Shown here in pieces: positions 26,535 to 34,455 of a DNA stretch of 34,455 bases; the first letter of the stretch is position 1, and each line of letters starts with the position of its first letter. The notes beneath the pieces are model-generated. The model was not told where the DNA came from. It saw nothing but the letters and a program-made list of their open reading frames with translations, and made no database searches. The stretch lies in the NCBI GenBank assembly GCA_964502825.1, contig CAZCYS010000002.1:2968-37422 (forward strand). The letters are read 5' to 3'. Source of the stretch: an uncultured Hydromonas sp. (GTDB lineage: Bacteria > Pseudomonadota > Gammaproteobacteria > Burkholderiales > Burkholderiaceae). Position numbers and translations under genes: made by a program.

Positions 26535-27509
26535 TTATTTATTCCGCTCAGGCGTGCGCTGCACATGCAGGCGCGCATCGGCCAAAATCGTCAAAACCAA
26601 ATCTTCGTAACTCATACCTGTCGCACGCGCCGCCATCGGCACCAGCGAGTGATCGGTCATGCCAGGAGCGGTATTCATTTCCAACAAAAACGGCTCTTGG
26701 TCGCTGTCACGAATCAATACTTCCCCACGTCCCCAGCCCGCACAACCCAATGCGCGGTACGCCTGTACAAACATGCTTTGAATGCGCTGCGTCAAAGCAT
26801 CCGGTAGCTCTGCCGGACACACGTACTGTGTATCGTTCGATAAATATTTGTGTTCAAAATCGTAGTTGCCATTCGGCGCTTTGATCTCCACCAGTGGCAA
26901 GGCATGCGCGCCGCTGCTCGAACCCAATATCGCGCAGGTCACTTCGCGTCCTTCAATGCATTGCTCAATCAAAGCGTGCGTGTCGTAGCGCCATGCCAAT
27001 TCACACGCGGCCTGCAGTTGATCGGCAGTAGAAACTTTGCCCGCGCCGACAGTAGAACCTTCGAGTGGCGGTTTGACAAACAGCGGCAAACCCAGTTGCG
27101 CCACAATCGCGTCCGTGTCCACCTGTTCGCCACGCGCAAGCACCACGTATTTCGGCGTTTGCAAACCGTGTTGCAACCAAATTTGCTTGGTGCGTACCTT
27201 GTCCATCGCCAAGCTGCTGGCTAACACCCCACTGCCGGTGTACGGAATGCCGAGCAATTCCAGCGCGCCTTGCACCGTGCCATCTTCGCCAAAGCGACCA
27301 TGCAAAATAATGAACGCACGGTCAAAACCTTCACGTTTCAGGTCAAACAGCTCACGCTCTTTGGTATCGAACAAATGCGCGTCCACGCCCTGTTTCACCA
27401 GCGCCGCGTGCACCATCGTGCCCGATTTGATCGACACTTCGCGCTCGGCGGAAATCCCGCCGTACAGCACCGCTACTTTGCCCAGTTGTTTCACGTCGAT
27501 ATTCATCAT
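26535..27509 (-). CDS. ddl: D-alanine--D-alanine ligase, 324 aa from the preferred start
   Basis: KVAVLYGGISAEREVSIKSG, HGRFGEDGTVQGALELLGIPYTGSGV and EMNTAPGMT. The ORF-track start 27578 is a GTG lying 59 nt inside murC. ATG 27509 (MMNID...) lies 10 nt after the murC stop. Confidence 0.93.
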   Translation of the reverse strand: MMNIDVKQLGKVAVLYGGISAEREVSIKSGTMVHAALVKQGVDAHLFDTKERELFDLKREGFDRAFIILHGRFGEDGTVQGALELLGIPYTGSGVLASSLAMDKVRTKQIWLQHGLQTPKYVVLARGEQVDTDAIVAQLGLPLFVKPPLEGSTVGAGKVSTADQLQAACELAWRYDTHALIEQCIEGREVTCAILGSSSGAHALPLVEIKAPNGNYDFEHKYLSNDTQYVCPAELPDALTQRIQSMFVQAYRALGCAGWGRGEVLIRDSDQEPFLLEMNTAPGMTDHSLVPMAARATGMSYEDLVLTILADARLHVQRTPERNK

Positions 27510-27519
27510 GTCCCCAATC

Positions 27520-28935
27520 TCACGCCTGACCCAATAATTCCACGACTTTTGCCGCCACACCACCGATCGAACCTGCACCCATGGTAATTACGATGTCACC
27601 GTTCTGCACATAGTCGGCAATCGCCTGCGGCATCTGCGCCACCTGCTCAACAAATATCGGCTCGACCTTACCCGCGACACGCAAAGCGCGTGTCAATGCA
27701 CGACCATCCGCCGCAACAATCGCCGGTTCGCCTGCCGAATACACTTCACTCAACAGCACGCCATCCGCGCCCGAGAGCACACGCACAAAATCCTCAAAGC
27801 AGTCGCGCGTGCGGGTGTAGCGGTGCGGCTGGAATGCCAGCACGATGCGCTGATTCGGAAACGCACCACGCGCCGCGCTCAAGGTCGCCGCCATTTCCAC
27901 CGGATGATGACCGTAGTCGTCAATCAGGGTGAACTCACCACCGCCTCGTTGCTCAGGTACTTTCACCTGACCGTAGCGCTGAAAACGACGACCCACGCCA
28001 TTGAACTCCGCTAAAGCTTTCAAAATCGCCGCGTCATCCACATCCACCTCGGTACCGACAGCGATCGCCGCGAGCGCGTTGCGCACATTGTGTAAACCCG
28101 GCAAATTCAGCGTCACATCCAACACCGGCAACTCTTCGCCAAAGCCCGTGCGGCTGACTTTGAAGCGCATTTTGCCGTGCGCATCAACCACGTCATACGC
28201 GCGCACCTGTGCGTCCTCGCTCAAGCCATAGGTAATCACCGTTTTTTGTAAATTCGGTACGATTTCGCGCACATTCGCATCATCAATACACACCACCGCC
28301 GCGCCGTAGAACGGAATGCTGCGGGTAAACGCCACAAACGCGTCTTTCAGTTTGTTAAAGTCGTGCCCATAGGTGTCCATGTGGTCTTGGTCAATATTGG
28401 TAATCACCGCAATCACCACCGACAAATGCAGGAACGACGCATCGGATTCATCCGCTTCAGCCACGATGTAGTCACCTTGCCCCAAACGCGCATTCACGCC
28501 CGCGCTGGTCAATTTGCCACCGATCACGAAGGTCGGATCCAAACCACCCTCACCCATCACACTGGCAACCAATGAGGTCGTGGTGGTTTTACCATGCGTG
28601 CCGGCAATGCCGACCCCATGACGAAAACGCATCAACTCTGCCAACATCACCGCACGCGGCACGATCGGAATCTTGCGTTCACGCGCCGCGACCAATTCAG
28701 GGTTGTCCTCAGAAATCGCGGTGGACACCACCAATACATTGCTGTTTTGCACATTCTCTGCCGCGTGCCCCAGGTACACCGTCGCACCCAGACTGCGCAG
28801 GCGTTTCACATTCGCACTCTCAACCGCGTCCGAGCCGGACACCCGATAGCCCAAATTCAAAAGCACCTCGGCGATGCCGCTCATACCCGCGCCACCAATG
28901 CCGACAAAATGAATGTTTTTGATGTTATGTTTCAT
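27520..28935 (-). CDS. murC: UDP-N-acetylmuramate--L-alanine ligase, 471 aa
   Basis: [42 protein letters not shown] and DDYGHHP. Confidence 0.97.
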   Translation of the reverse strand: MKHNIKNIHFVGIGGAGMSGIAEVLLNLGYRVSGSDAVESANVKRLRSLGATVYLGHAAENVQNSNVLVVSTAISEDNPELVAARERKIPIVPRAVMLAELMRFRHGVGIAGTHGKTTTTSLVASVMGEGGLDPTFVIGGKLTSAGVNARLGQGDYIVAEADESDASFLHLSVVIAVITNIDQDHMDTYGHDFNKLKDAFVAFTRSIPFYGAAVVCIDDANVREIVPNLQKTVITYGLSEDAQVRAYDVVDAHGKMRFKVSRTGFGEELPVLDVTLNLPGLHNVRNALAAIAVGTEVDVDDAAILKALAEFNGVGRRFQRYGQVKVPEQRGGGEFTLIDDYGHHPVEMAATLSAARGAFPNQRIVLAFQPHRYTRTRDCFEDFVRVLSGADGVLLSEVYSAGEPAIVAADGRALTRALRVAGKVEPIFVEQVAQMPQAIADYVQNGDIVITMGAGSIGGVAAKVVELLGQA

Positions 28936-28956
28936 TTTTTGCTTTCAGTTCAAATT

Positions 28957-30057
28957 TTATAAATCCCGCACACCGGCGACCTGCAAACACACTTTGGCCA
29001 CATCCGCCGTTGCATTCGGCTTGGCCACCGTGCGTGCATTCGCCGCTTGTTGGCTCAGTTGTTCGCGGTTCAAACCGCGCAACAGCTCCGCCAAATGCGC
29101 CGGTGTCAATTGCGTTTGCGGCAACAATTGCCCCGCACCCGCATCCACCAATAATTGTGCGTTCGAGGTTTGGTGGTCATCGACCGCCGCCGGAAACGGC
29201 ACCATGATGCTCGCCACGCCCGCCGCGGCCAATTCGGATACCGTCATCGCGCCCGCGCGGCAAATCAACACGTCCGAATCAGCGTACAAAGCCGCCATAT
29301 CGTCCACGAACGGCACGCATTGCGCCTGTACACCAGCCTCTTGATAATTGCGACGCAGCGCATCAATCAACTTTTCACCCGCCTGATGCACCACTTCGGG
29401 ACGCTCGTTGTCACTCAACAACGCCAGTGCTTTCGGCACATTTTCGTTCAAAGCCTGCGCGCCCAAGCTGCCGCCGATCACCGCCAATTTCAATGCGCCT
29501 GAGCGCGTGGCAAAACGTTCTTGCGGTGCGGGCAAATCAGCAATCACGCTTTTCACCGGATTACCAACCCATTCGCCATCCTCAAACACGTTTGGAAAAC
29601 CGGTCAGTACGCGAGCCGCCATCTTGGCCAACAATTTATTCGACATACCCGCGATGGAGTTTTGCTCATGCAACACAATCGGAATACCGGTTAATTTCGC
29701 GGTCAAGCCACCCGGCACGGTGATGTAACCGCCCATGCCGAGCACCACATGCGGACGCACTTTTTGCAACACTTTGCGCGTCTGTACAATCGCTTTGAGT
29801 AGGCGAAATGGCGCCAGAGCCAAAGTTTTCACACCCTTGCCGCGCACACCGCTGAAATCCACACTATTAAATTCATAGCCGTATTTCGGCACGAGACGCG
29901 CCTCCATCGAATCCGCCGCACCACCGAGCCATGACACTTTGTGCCCCGCATCTACCAAAGCCTGCGCCACCGCCAGCCCCGGCATGATGTGACCACCGGT
30001 GCCACCGGCCATAATCAAAACGGTCCGAGGTCGTTGTGTTTTATTCGTGTTACTCAT
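28957..30057 (-). CDS. murG: Undecaprenyldiphospho-muramoylpentapeptide beta-N-acetylglucosaminyltransferase, 366 aa
   Basis: LIMAGGTGGHIMPGLAVAQAL and ICRAGAMTVSELAAAG. It overlaps ftsW by 4 nt. Confidence 0.96.
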   Translation of the reverse strand: MSNTNKTQRPRTVLIMAGGTGGHIMPGLAVAQALVDAGHKVSWLGGAADSMEARLVPKYGYEFNSVDFSGVRGKGVKTLALAPFRLLKAIVQTRKVLQKVRPHVVLGMGGYITVPGGLTAKLTGIPIVLHEQNSIAGMSNKLLAKMAARVLTGFPNVFEDGEWVGNPVKSVIADLPAPQERFATRSGALKLAVIGGSLGAQALNENVPKALALLSDNERPEVVHQAGEKLIDALRRNYQEAGVQAQCVPFVDDMAALYADSDVLICRAGAMTVSELAAAGVASIMVPFPAAVDDHQTSNAQLLVDAGAGQLLPQTQLTPAHLAELLRGLNREQLSQQAANARTVAKPNATADVAKVCLQVAGVRDL

Positions 30058-31304
30058 ACCGGTTCTCCACGTTTCAAGCGGCGGTTTTCATAGTCCACAC
30101 GCAAAACAAACGCCATCGCCAAGCAGTTGAACAGCAAAGCACTGCCACCATAGCTGATAAACGGCAAAGTCAGACCCTTGGTCGGCAACATCCCCATATT
30201 CACACCCATATTGATAAATCCTTGCACACCCAGCCAAATACCCACGCCTTGCGTGGCCAGCGCTTGAAAATTGCGCTCAAACGCCATGGACTCGCGTGCC
30301 ACCATAAAAATTCGTCGTACCAACACCACAAACGCCAAAATCACCACCCAAACGCCGAGCAAGCCGAACTCTTCGCCGACCACCGCCATAATAAAATCGG
30401 TATGCGCTTCGGGCAGATAAAACATTTTTTGCACTGAGCTGCCCAAACCTTGTCCCCACAACTCACCACGGCCAAAGGCGATCAAGGACTGGGTCAACTG
30501 ATACGCGCCGTTTTGCGCGTTCTCATCTTTCCAAGGATCCAAATATGCAAAAATCCGTCTCGCACGCCACGGCGTCACGATCACCAGCGCTGCAAACGCA
30601 GCCACCATGCTGGCAAACAAGGCGCCGAACACTTTAAAATTCACACCGCCCAAGAAAATCACACCCATGGTAATCACCGCGATCACCATCAACGCGCCCA
30701 TGTCCGGCTCCAACAGCAACAGAATCGACACCAAGCCAAGCACCACGATCATCGGCAACACGCCTTTGTTGAACACGCGCAGATCTTGGTTTTTGCGCAC
30801 GCAATAATCCGCCACATAAATACACGCCGCCAATTTCATCATCTCGGACGGCTGAAAATTCATAAAGCCCAAAGGCAACCAGCGCCGCGCACCATTCACA
30901 CGCAAACCCACATGCGGAATCAGCACGATAATCAATAAAAACAGCGCGATCAAAAACATCACCGGCGCGAGTTTTTGCCAATTGTCACTGCTGACGTTGA
31001 ATGCAAAAATCGCCACGCTAAAGCCCACCGTCAAGCTCAAACCATGCCGAATAAAAAAGTGGTAGCGCGAATAATTGTGAAACTTCGGCGAATCCGGCAA
31101 AGCGATACTGGCCGAATACACCATAATCAAACCGAAAAACATCAACAAAATCGGAATCCACAGCAGCACCGGATCAACCTCTTGCCAAGCCTGCGCGCGC
31201 AAACGGCGAACGCGGCGTTCATAGCCGTCATTCCTTTGCTCTGCTCGTCGCTCCAAGCCCAACACATCCAATATTCGCATAATGCCCGTTATCCCTACAC
31301 TCAA
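30054..31304 (-). CDS. ftsW: Peptidoglycan glycosyltransferase FtsW (SEDS family). The start is uncertain: TTG 31304 gives 416 aa and ATG 31280 gives 408 aa.
   Basis: Ten-TM SEDS pattern (LPLGFMNFQPSEMMKLA, PEAHTDFIMAVVGEEFGLLG, LPTKGLTLPFISYGGSAL). Positioned between murD and murG. Confidence 0.93.
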   Translation of the reverse strand: MSVGITGIMRILDVLGLERRAEQRNDGYERRVRRLRAQAWQEVDPVLLWIPILLMFFGLIMVYSASIALPDSPKFHNYSRYHFFIRHGLSLTVGFSVAIFAFNVSSDNWQKLAPVMFLIALFLLIIVLIPHVGLRVNGARRWLPLGFMNFQPSEMMKLAACIYVADYCVRKNQDLRVFNKGVLPMIVVLGLVSILLLLEPDMGALMVIAVITMGVIFLGGVNFKVFGALFASMVAAFAALVIVTPWRARRIFAYLDPWKDENAQNGAYQLTQSLIAFGRGELWGQGLGSSVQKMFYLPEAHTDFIMAVVGEEFGLLGVWVVILAFVVLVRRIFMVARESMAFERNFQALATQGVGIWLGVQGFINMGVNMGMLPTKGLTLPFISYGGSALLFNCLAMAFVLRVDYENRRLKRGEPV

Positions 31305-31327
31305 ATAAAATGAATCAGTCTTAAATC

Positions 31328-31356
31328 ACGGTAAAGTAGTTGTTTACTTTTACCGT
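31328..31356 (-). other. Stem-loop in the murD-ftsW intergenic spacer
   Basis: acggtaaagta-gttgtt-tacttttaccgt is an 11-bp stem with a one-nt bulge. No T-run follows on the coding (minus) strand. Confidence 0.35.
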
Positions 31357-31362
31357 ATCGGT

Positions 31363-32865
31363 TTATATCTGACCGCAATCTTGCGCCCATTCGCGCACCG
31401 TGCTGACAAACACCTCAGCGCGGTGTGCGTAATTTTTAAACATATCCAAGCTCGCACACGCCGGTGACAACAACACCGCCTGACCGCTCTGCGCGTTCTG
31501 CGCCGCATGCAGCGTGGCGGACTCGAGCGTATCGAATGATTGCATCGCCACGCCGGTGCCTTGCCATGCCTGCGCGATGGTATCGGCGTCTTTACCAATC
31601 AAACACACGAAGCGCACATGCGCTTTCACCGCATCCGTCATCGGCGTGAAATCCTGCCCTTTGCCGTCGCCTCCTGCGATCAATACAATCGGCTGCCCCA
31701 ATCCTTCAATCGCCGCCAACGTCGCGCCGACATTCGTTCCTTTGGAATCGTCGTAAAAATCCACGCCATTCACGTTTTGAATCCACTGCACGCGGTGCGG
31801 CTCGCCCACATAATCGCGCAGACCGTGCAGCAATTTCGCCAGCGGCAAATCAATCGCGCGGCACAGTGCCAGCGCGGCCAAGGCATTCATCGCATTGTGA
31901 CGACCGCGAATGCGCAGGGCATCGGTTGGCATCAAGCGTTGCACGCTAATCGGTGCGACGACTTCCGCCTGACCGCGTTTTTTCTTCTCAACGCCGCTCT
32001 CATCCGCCACTGCCACACTGAGCCATTCCATCGTCGCCGCGCTGTGGTTGCCTTCGCGCCACAGACCATATTGACCCACGGCAGTCGGCACGCTCACGCC
32101 AAAACTCAGCACGCGCGAATTTGGCTTGGCCATCGCATTCACGGCGGCATCATCACGGTTGAGCACCTGCACGGTGTCCGCACCGAAAACCTGCGCTTTG
32201 GCCTGCGTGTATTCCACCATATCGACATGCCAATCCAAATGATCTTGCGACAGATTCAGCACTGTCGCCGCATCTGGGTTAAAGCCGATGGCATTGCTTT
32301 GCGCAAATTGCAATTGGAAGCTGGACAACTCCAGCACCCACACCTGCGGCAGCGCATCCTGCTCCAGTGCACCACACAGCGCATCCAACATCGACGGACT
32401 GATATTGCCCGCCGCCAGCACGCTCACACCTGCCGCCTCACACAGATGGCGGGTCAATGAGGTCACGGTGGTTTTGCCATTGGTGCCGGTCACCGCCAAT
32501 ACTTTCGGCTTGTAACCGTTATAGCCGTTATGCGCGTGCAACTCGCTCAATGCGCGGCTAAACACCGCCAATTCACCCAATACCGCGATACCACGCGCAT
32601 TCGCCTGCTCAATAATCGTTTTGAGCGGCTCGGCGTGCGGACTCAAGCCCGGACTGAGCAGCACTTCGCTCACGCCATCTAAATAGTCTGCTGAAAAATC
32701 ACCGCAATGCACGGTCACATCGGGATAGCGTTGCGTGAACGCAGGCAAAGCCGCCGGTGATTGGCGCGAGTCGTACACAGACACAGGCGTGGACGAACGC
32801 GTCGCGTAGCGCACCATCGCTACGCCCGACTCGCCCAAACCGATTACCAACTGCTTTTGTGTCAT
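31363..32865 (-). CDS. murD: UDP-N-acetylmuramoylalanine--D-glutamate ligase, 500 aa from the preferred start
   Basis: LVIGLGESGVAM, AVTGTNGKTTV, SQDHLDWH, GEPHRVQ and DDSKGTNVGAT. The ORF-track start 32886 is a TTG abutting the mraY stop. ATG 32865 gives MTQKQLVIGLG. Confidence 0.95.
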   Translation of the reverse strand: MTQKQLVIGLGESGVAMVRYATRSSTPVSVYDSRQSPAALPAFTQRYPDVTVHCGDFSADYLDGVSEVLLSPGLSPHAEPLKTIIEQANARGIAVLGELAVFSRALSELHAHNGYNGYKPKVLAVTGTNGKTTVTSLTRHLCEAAGVSVLAAGNISPSMLDALCGALEQDALPQVWVLELSSFQLQFAQSNAIGFNPDAATVLNLSQDHLDWHVDMVEYTQAKAQVFGADTVQVLNRDDAAVNAMAKPNSRVLSFGVSVPTAVGQYGLWREGNHSAATMEWLSVAVADESGVEKKKRGQAEVVAPISVQRLMPTDALRIRGRHNAMNALAALALCRAIDLPLAKLLHGLRDYVGEPHRVQWIQNVNGVDFYDDSKGTNVGATLAAIEGLGQPIVLIAGGDGKGQDFTPMTDAVKAHVRFVCLIGKDADTIAQAWQGTGVAMQSFDTLESATLHAAQNAQSGQAVLLSPACASLDMFKNYAHRAEVFVSTVREWAQDCGQI

Positions 32866-32886
32866 TGCCTGATATCCCACATTCAA

Positions 32887-34065
32887 TTAACGAAGTTTCA
32901 AACTGGCCAAACCGATCAGCACCAACATCATGGTGATAATCCAAAAGCGCACCACGACTTGCGTTTCGCGCCAACCTTTTTGCTCAAAGTGATGGTGCAG
33001 CGGCGCCATCAATAAAATTCGTTTACCCACGCCATAACGTTTTTTGGTGTACTTGAAATAAACCACCTGCAAGGCCACCGACAACGTTTCCACCACGAAC
33101 ACACCGCCCATGATGAACAGCACCAATTCCTGACGCACGATCACGGCGATCGTACCCAGTGCGCCGCCGAGCGCCAACGCGCCCACGTCGCCCATAAATA
33201 CCTGCGCCGGATAAGCGTTGAACCACAAAAAGGCCAAACCCGCACCCGCCATTGCCGCGCAGAACACCAGCACTTCGCCCGCACCTTTGATGTGCGGCAG
33301 GAGCAGATAACGCGAGTAATTGAAGTTGCCTTCCACATAGGCAAAAATCCCCAACGCCACGCCCACCATCACGGTCGGCATAATCGCCAAACCATCCAAG
33401 CCATCGGTCAGGTTGACCGCATTACTCGTCCCCACAATCACGAAGTAGGACAAAATCATGAAGCCGAATACGCCCAGCGGCATACTCACGGTTTTGAAAA
33501 ACGGCACGATCAAGTCAGCTTTGTTCGGCAGCGGCATGGTCATACCGCTTTTGAGCCATTCCCAAAACAGACCGAAGGTTTGCAGCTCCGAACCCGCAGA
33601 CACCGAAAACGCCAAACCCACCGCCGCAATCACGCCGATGATGGTTTGCCACATATATTTTTCGCGGCTGGGCATACCGTTCGGGTCGCGGTTCACGATT
33701 TTGCGGTAATCATCCGCCCAACCGACCCAGCCAAAGCCCATGGTCACCAGCATCAAAATCCAGATAAAGCGGTTGGACAAATCCGCCCACAACAGCACAG
33801 AAATACCAATCGCGATCAAAATCAAGACACCGCCCATGGTCGGTGTACCCTGCTTGACCAAATGCGTTTGCGGCCCGTCGGTACGCACCGCTTGACCAAA
33901 CTTCATCTCCGCCAGACGACGAATCACGCGCGGCCCTGCCACCCAACCGATAATCAAGGCCGTGCCCATCGCCAGCAATGCACGCAAAGTCAGATAATTG
34001 AACACAGCGAAAAAGCGCAGTTCCGGTGACAATTGTGAGAGCCATTTGGCCAATTCCAGTAGCAT
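32887..34065 (-). CDS. mraY: Phospho-N-acetylmuramoyl-pentapeptide transferase, 392 aa
   Basis: [26 protein letters not shown] and [12 protein letters not shown]. Confidence 0.97.
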   Translation of the reverse strand: MLLELAKWLSQLSPELRFFAVFNYLTLRALLAMGTALIIGWVAGPRVIRRLAEMKFGQAVRTDGPQTHLVKQGTPTMGGVLILIAIGISVLLWADLSNRFIWILMLVTMGFGWVGWADDYRKIVNRDPNGMPSREKYMWQTIIGVIAAVGLAFSVSAGSELQTFGLFWEWLKSGMTMPLPNKADLIVPFFKTVSMPLGVFGFMILSYFVIVGTSNAVNLTDGLDGLAIMPTVMVGVALGIFAYVEGNFNYSRYLLLPHIKGAGEVLVFCAAMAGAGLAFLWFNAYPAQVFMGDVGALALGGALGTIAVIVRQELVLFIMGGVFVVETLSVALQVVYFKYTKKRYGVGKRILLMAPLHHHFEQKGWRETQVVVRFWIITMMLVLIGLASLKLR

Positions 34066-34084
34066 GTGTGTTCCTTTTCAAACT

Positions 34085-34455
34085 TTATTGTTCTGTTGTT
34101 TCCGGTACGCCGCTTGCCTGAGCCGCCTGCGCTTGATTCATTTCGAGCAGTGCATCCACCACGCGTTCCATGCCCATAAAGCGCGAACCTTTGACCAAAA
34201 TGGTGTTCGCGCCACCCTGAATGTGCGCGCGCACCACATCGGCCATCGCCGTCACATCATTAAAATGTTGCGCGCCAACGCCAAACGCCTGCGTCGCCTG
34301 ACGCATCATCTCGCCTGTTGCCAGCAGCACATTCACGCCGCATTGCGCCGCATGTGCGCCAATCTCCGCGTGAAAGGCATCGCCGTCGTCGCCGACTTCG
34401 CCCATATCGCCGAGTACCAAAATTTTGCGCCCCGCTGCATTGGCCAGCACGTCAA
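34085..34455 (-). CDS. murF: UDP-N-acetylmuramoyl-tripeptide--D-alanyl-D-alanine ligase, C-terminal ~122 aa. The N-terminus lies beyond the right edge.
   Basis: KILVLGDMGEVGDDGDAFHAEIG...ILVKGSRFMGMERVV is a typical MurF C-terminal domain. The reading frame stays open to the window edge, and the gene sits upstream of mraY as in dcw clusters. Confidence 0.9.
   Translation of the reverse strand, partial: DVLANAAGRKILVLGDMGEVGDDGDAFHAEIGAHAAQCGVNVLLATGEMMRQATQAFGVGAQHFNDVTAMADVVRAHIQGGANTILVKGSRFMGMERVVDALLEMNQAQAAQASGVPETTEQ

Noticed and set aside
31540-32460. 306-aa plus-strand ORF antisense to murD. Similar long antisense ORFs occur at 24868..25689 (opposite ftsA), 26046..26807 (opposite ftsQ/ddl), 33292..34029 (opposite mraY), 23711..24352 (opposite ftsZ), 15225..16064 (opposite lpdA) and 11256..11948 (opposite aceE).
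   Set aside because: All lie fully inside strongly supported conserved genes on the other strand. Their translations are Arg/His/Gln/Gly-rich low-complexity strings typical of shadow frames in GC-rich coding DNA. None has an SD or a recognisable motif.
1-34455. Whole-window scan for CRISPR repeats, tRNA/rRNA, IS ends or transposases, integrases, Neisseria-type DNA uptake sequences (GCCGTCTGAA), REP-like repeated palindromes, and toxin-antitoxin or defence gene pairs
   Set aside because: None was found by eye. The palindromes present are each unique and explained as terminators or operators. The only repeats are the 14-bp tandem duplication at 7328-7355 and the lipoyl-domain duplication. A computational repeat or ncRNA scan would be needed to exclude subtle elements.

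Overview
This 34.5-kb window reads as ordinary chromosomal core of a proteobacterium. It is probably a betaproteobacterium, judging by the lutA-lutC-lutB order, a lipoyl-domain-bearing E3 and a ~25-aa MurD insertion; this is inference from gene content, not a database hit. Gene order, left to right: (1) a partial menA-like prenyltransferase that the ORF track misses, a yqiA-like esterase and an LldR/PdhR-like GntR regulator, all on the minus strand; (2) divergent lutA-lutC-lutB plus lldP for L-lactate utilisation, plus strand, with a perfect 17-bp GntR-type operator in the divergent promoter region; (3) mpl and a nitronate-monooxygenase-family gene, minus strand; (4) the aceE-aceF-lpdA pyruvate dehydrogenase operon, plus strand, where E2 has a single lipoyl domain and E3 carries a near-copy of it; (5) a lipoprotein of unrecognised family, an orphan ATP-grasp enzyme and a DMT/EamA transporter, minus strand; (6) dinB and a yqjD-yqjE-yqjK membrane stress module, plus strand; (7) lpxC and the distal dcw cluster ftsZ-ftsA-ftsQ-ddl-murC-murG-ftsW-murD-mraY-murF (murF partial), minus strand. 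I saw no rRNA, tRNA, CRISPR array, transposase, integrase, prophage or recognisable defence or toxin-antitoxin genes. I do not find a convincing novel multi-gene system. The best candidate for something uncharacterised is the apparently lower-GC pair at 16.2-18.0 kb (orphan ATP-grasp ligase plus unclassifiable lipoprotein, next to a DMT exporter). The other findings are regulatory or RNA-structure observations and annotation corrections. Several ORF-track starts are over-extended onto TTG/GTG codons.
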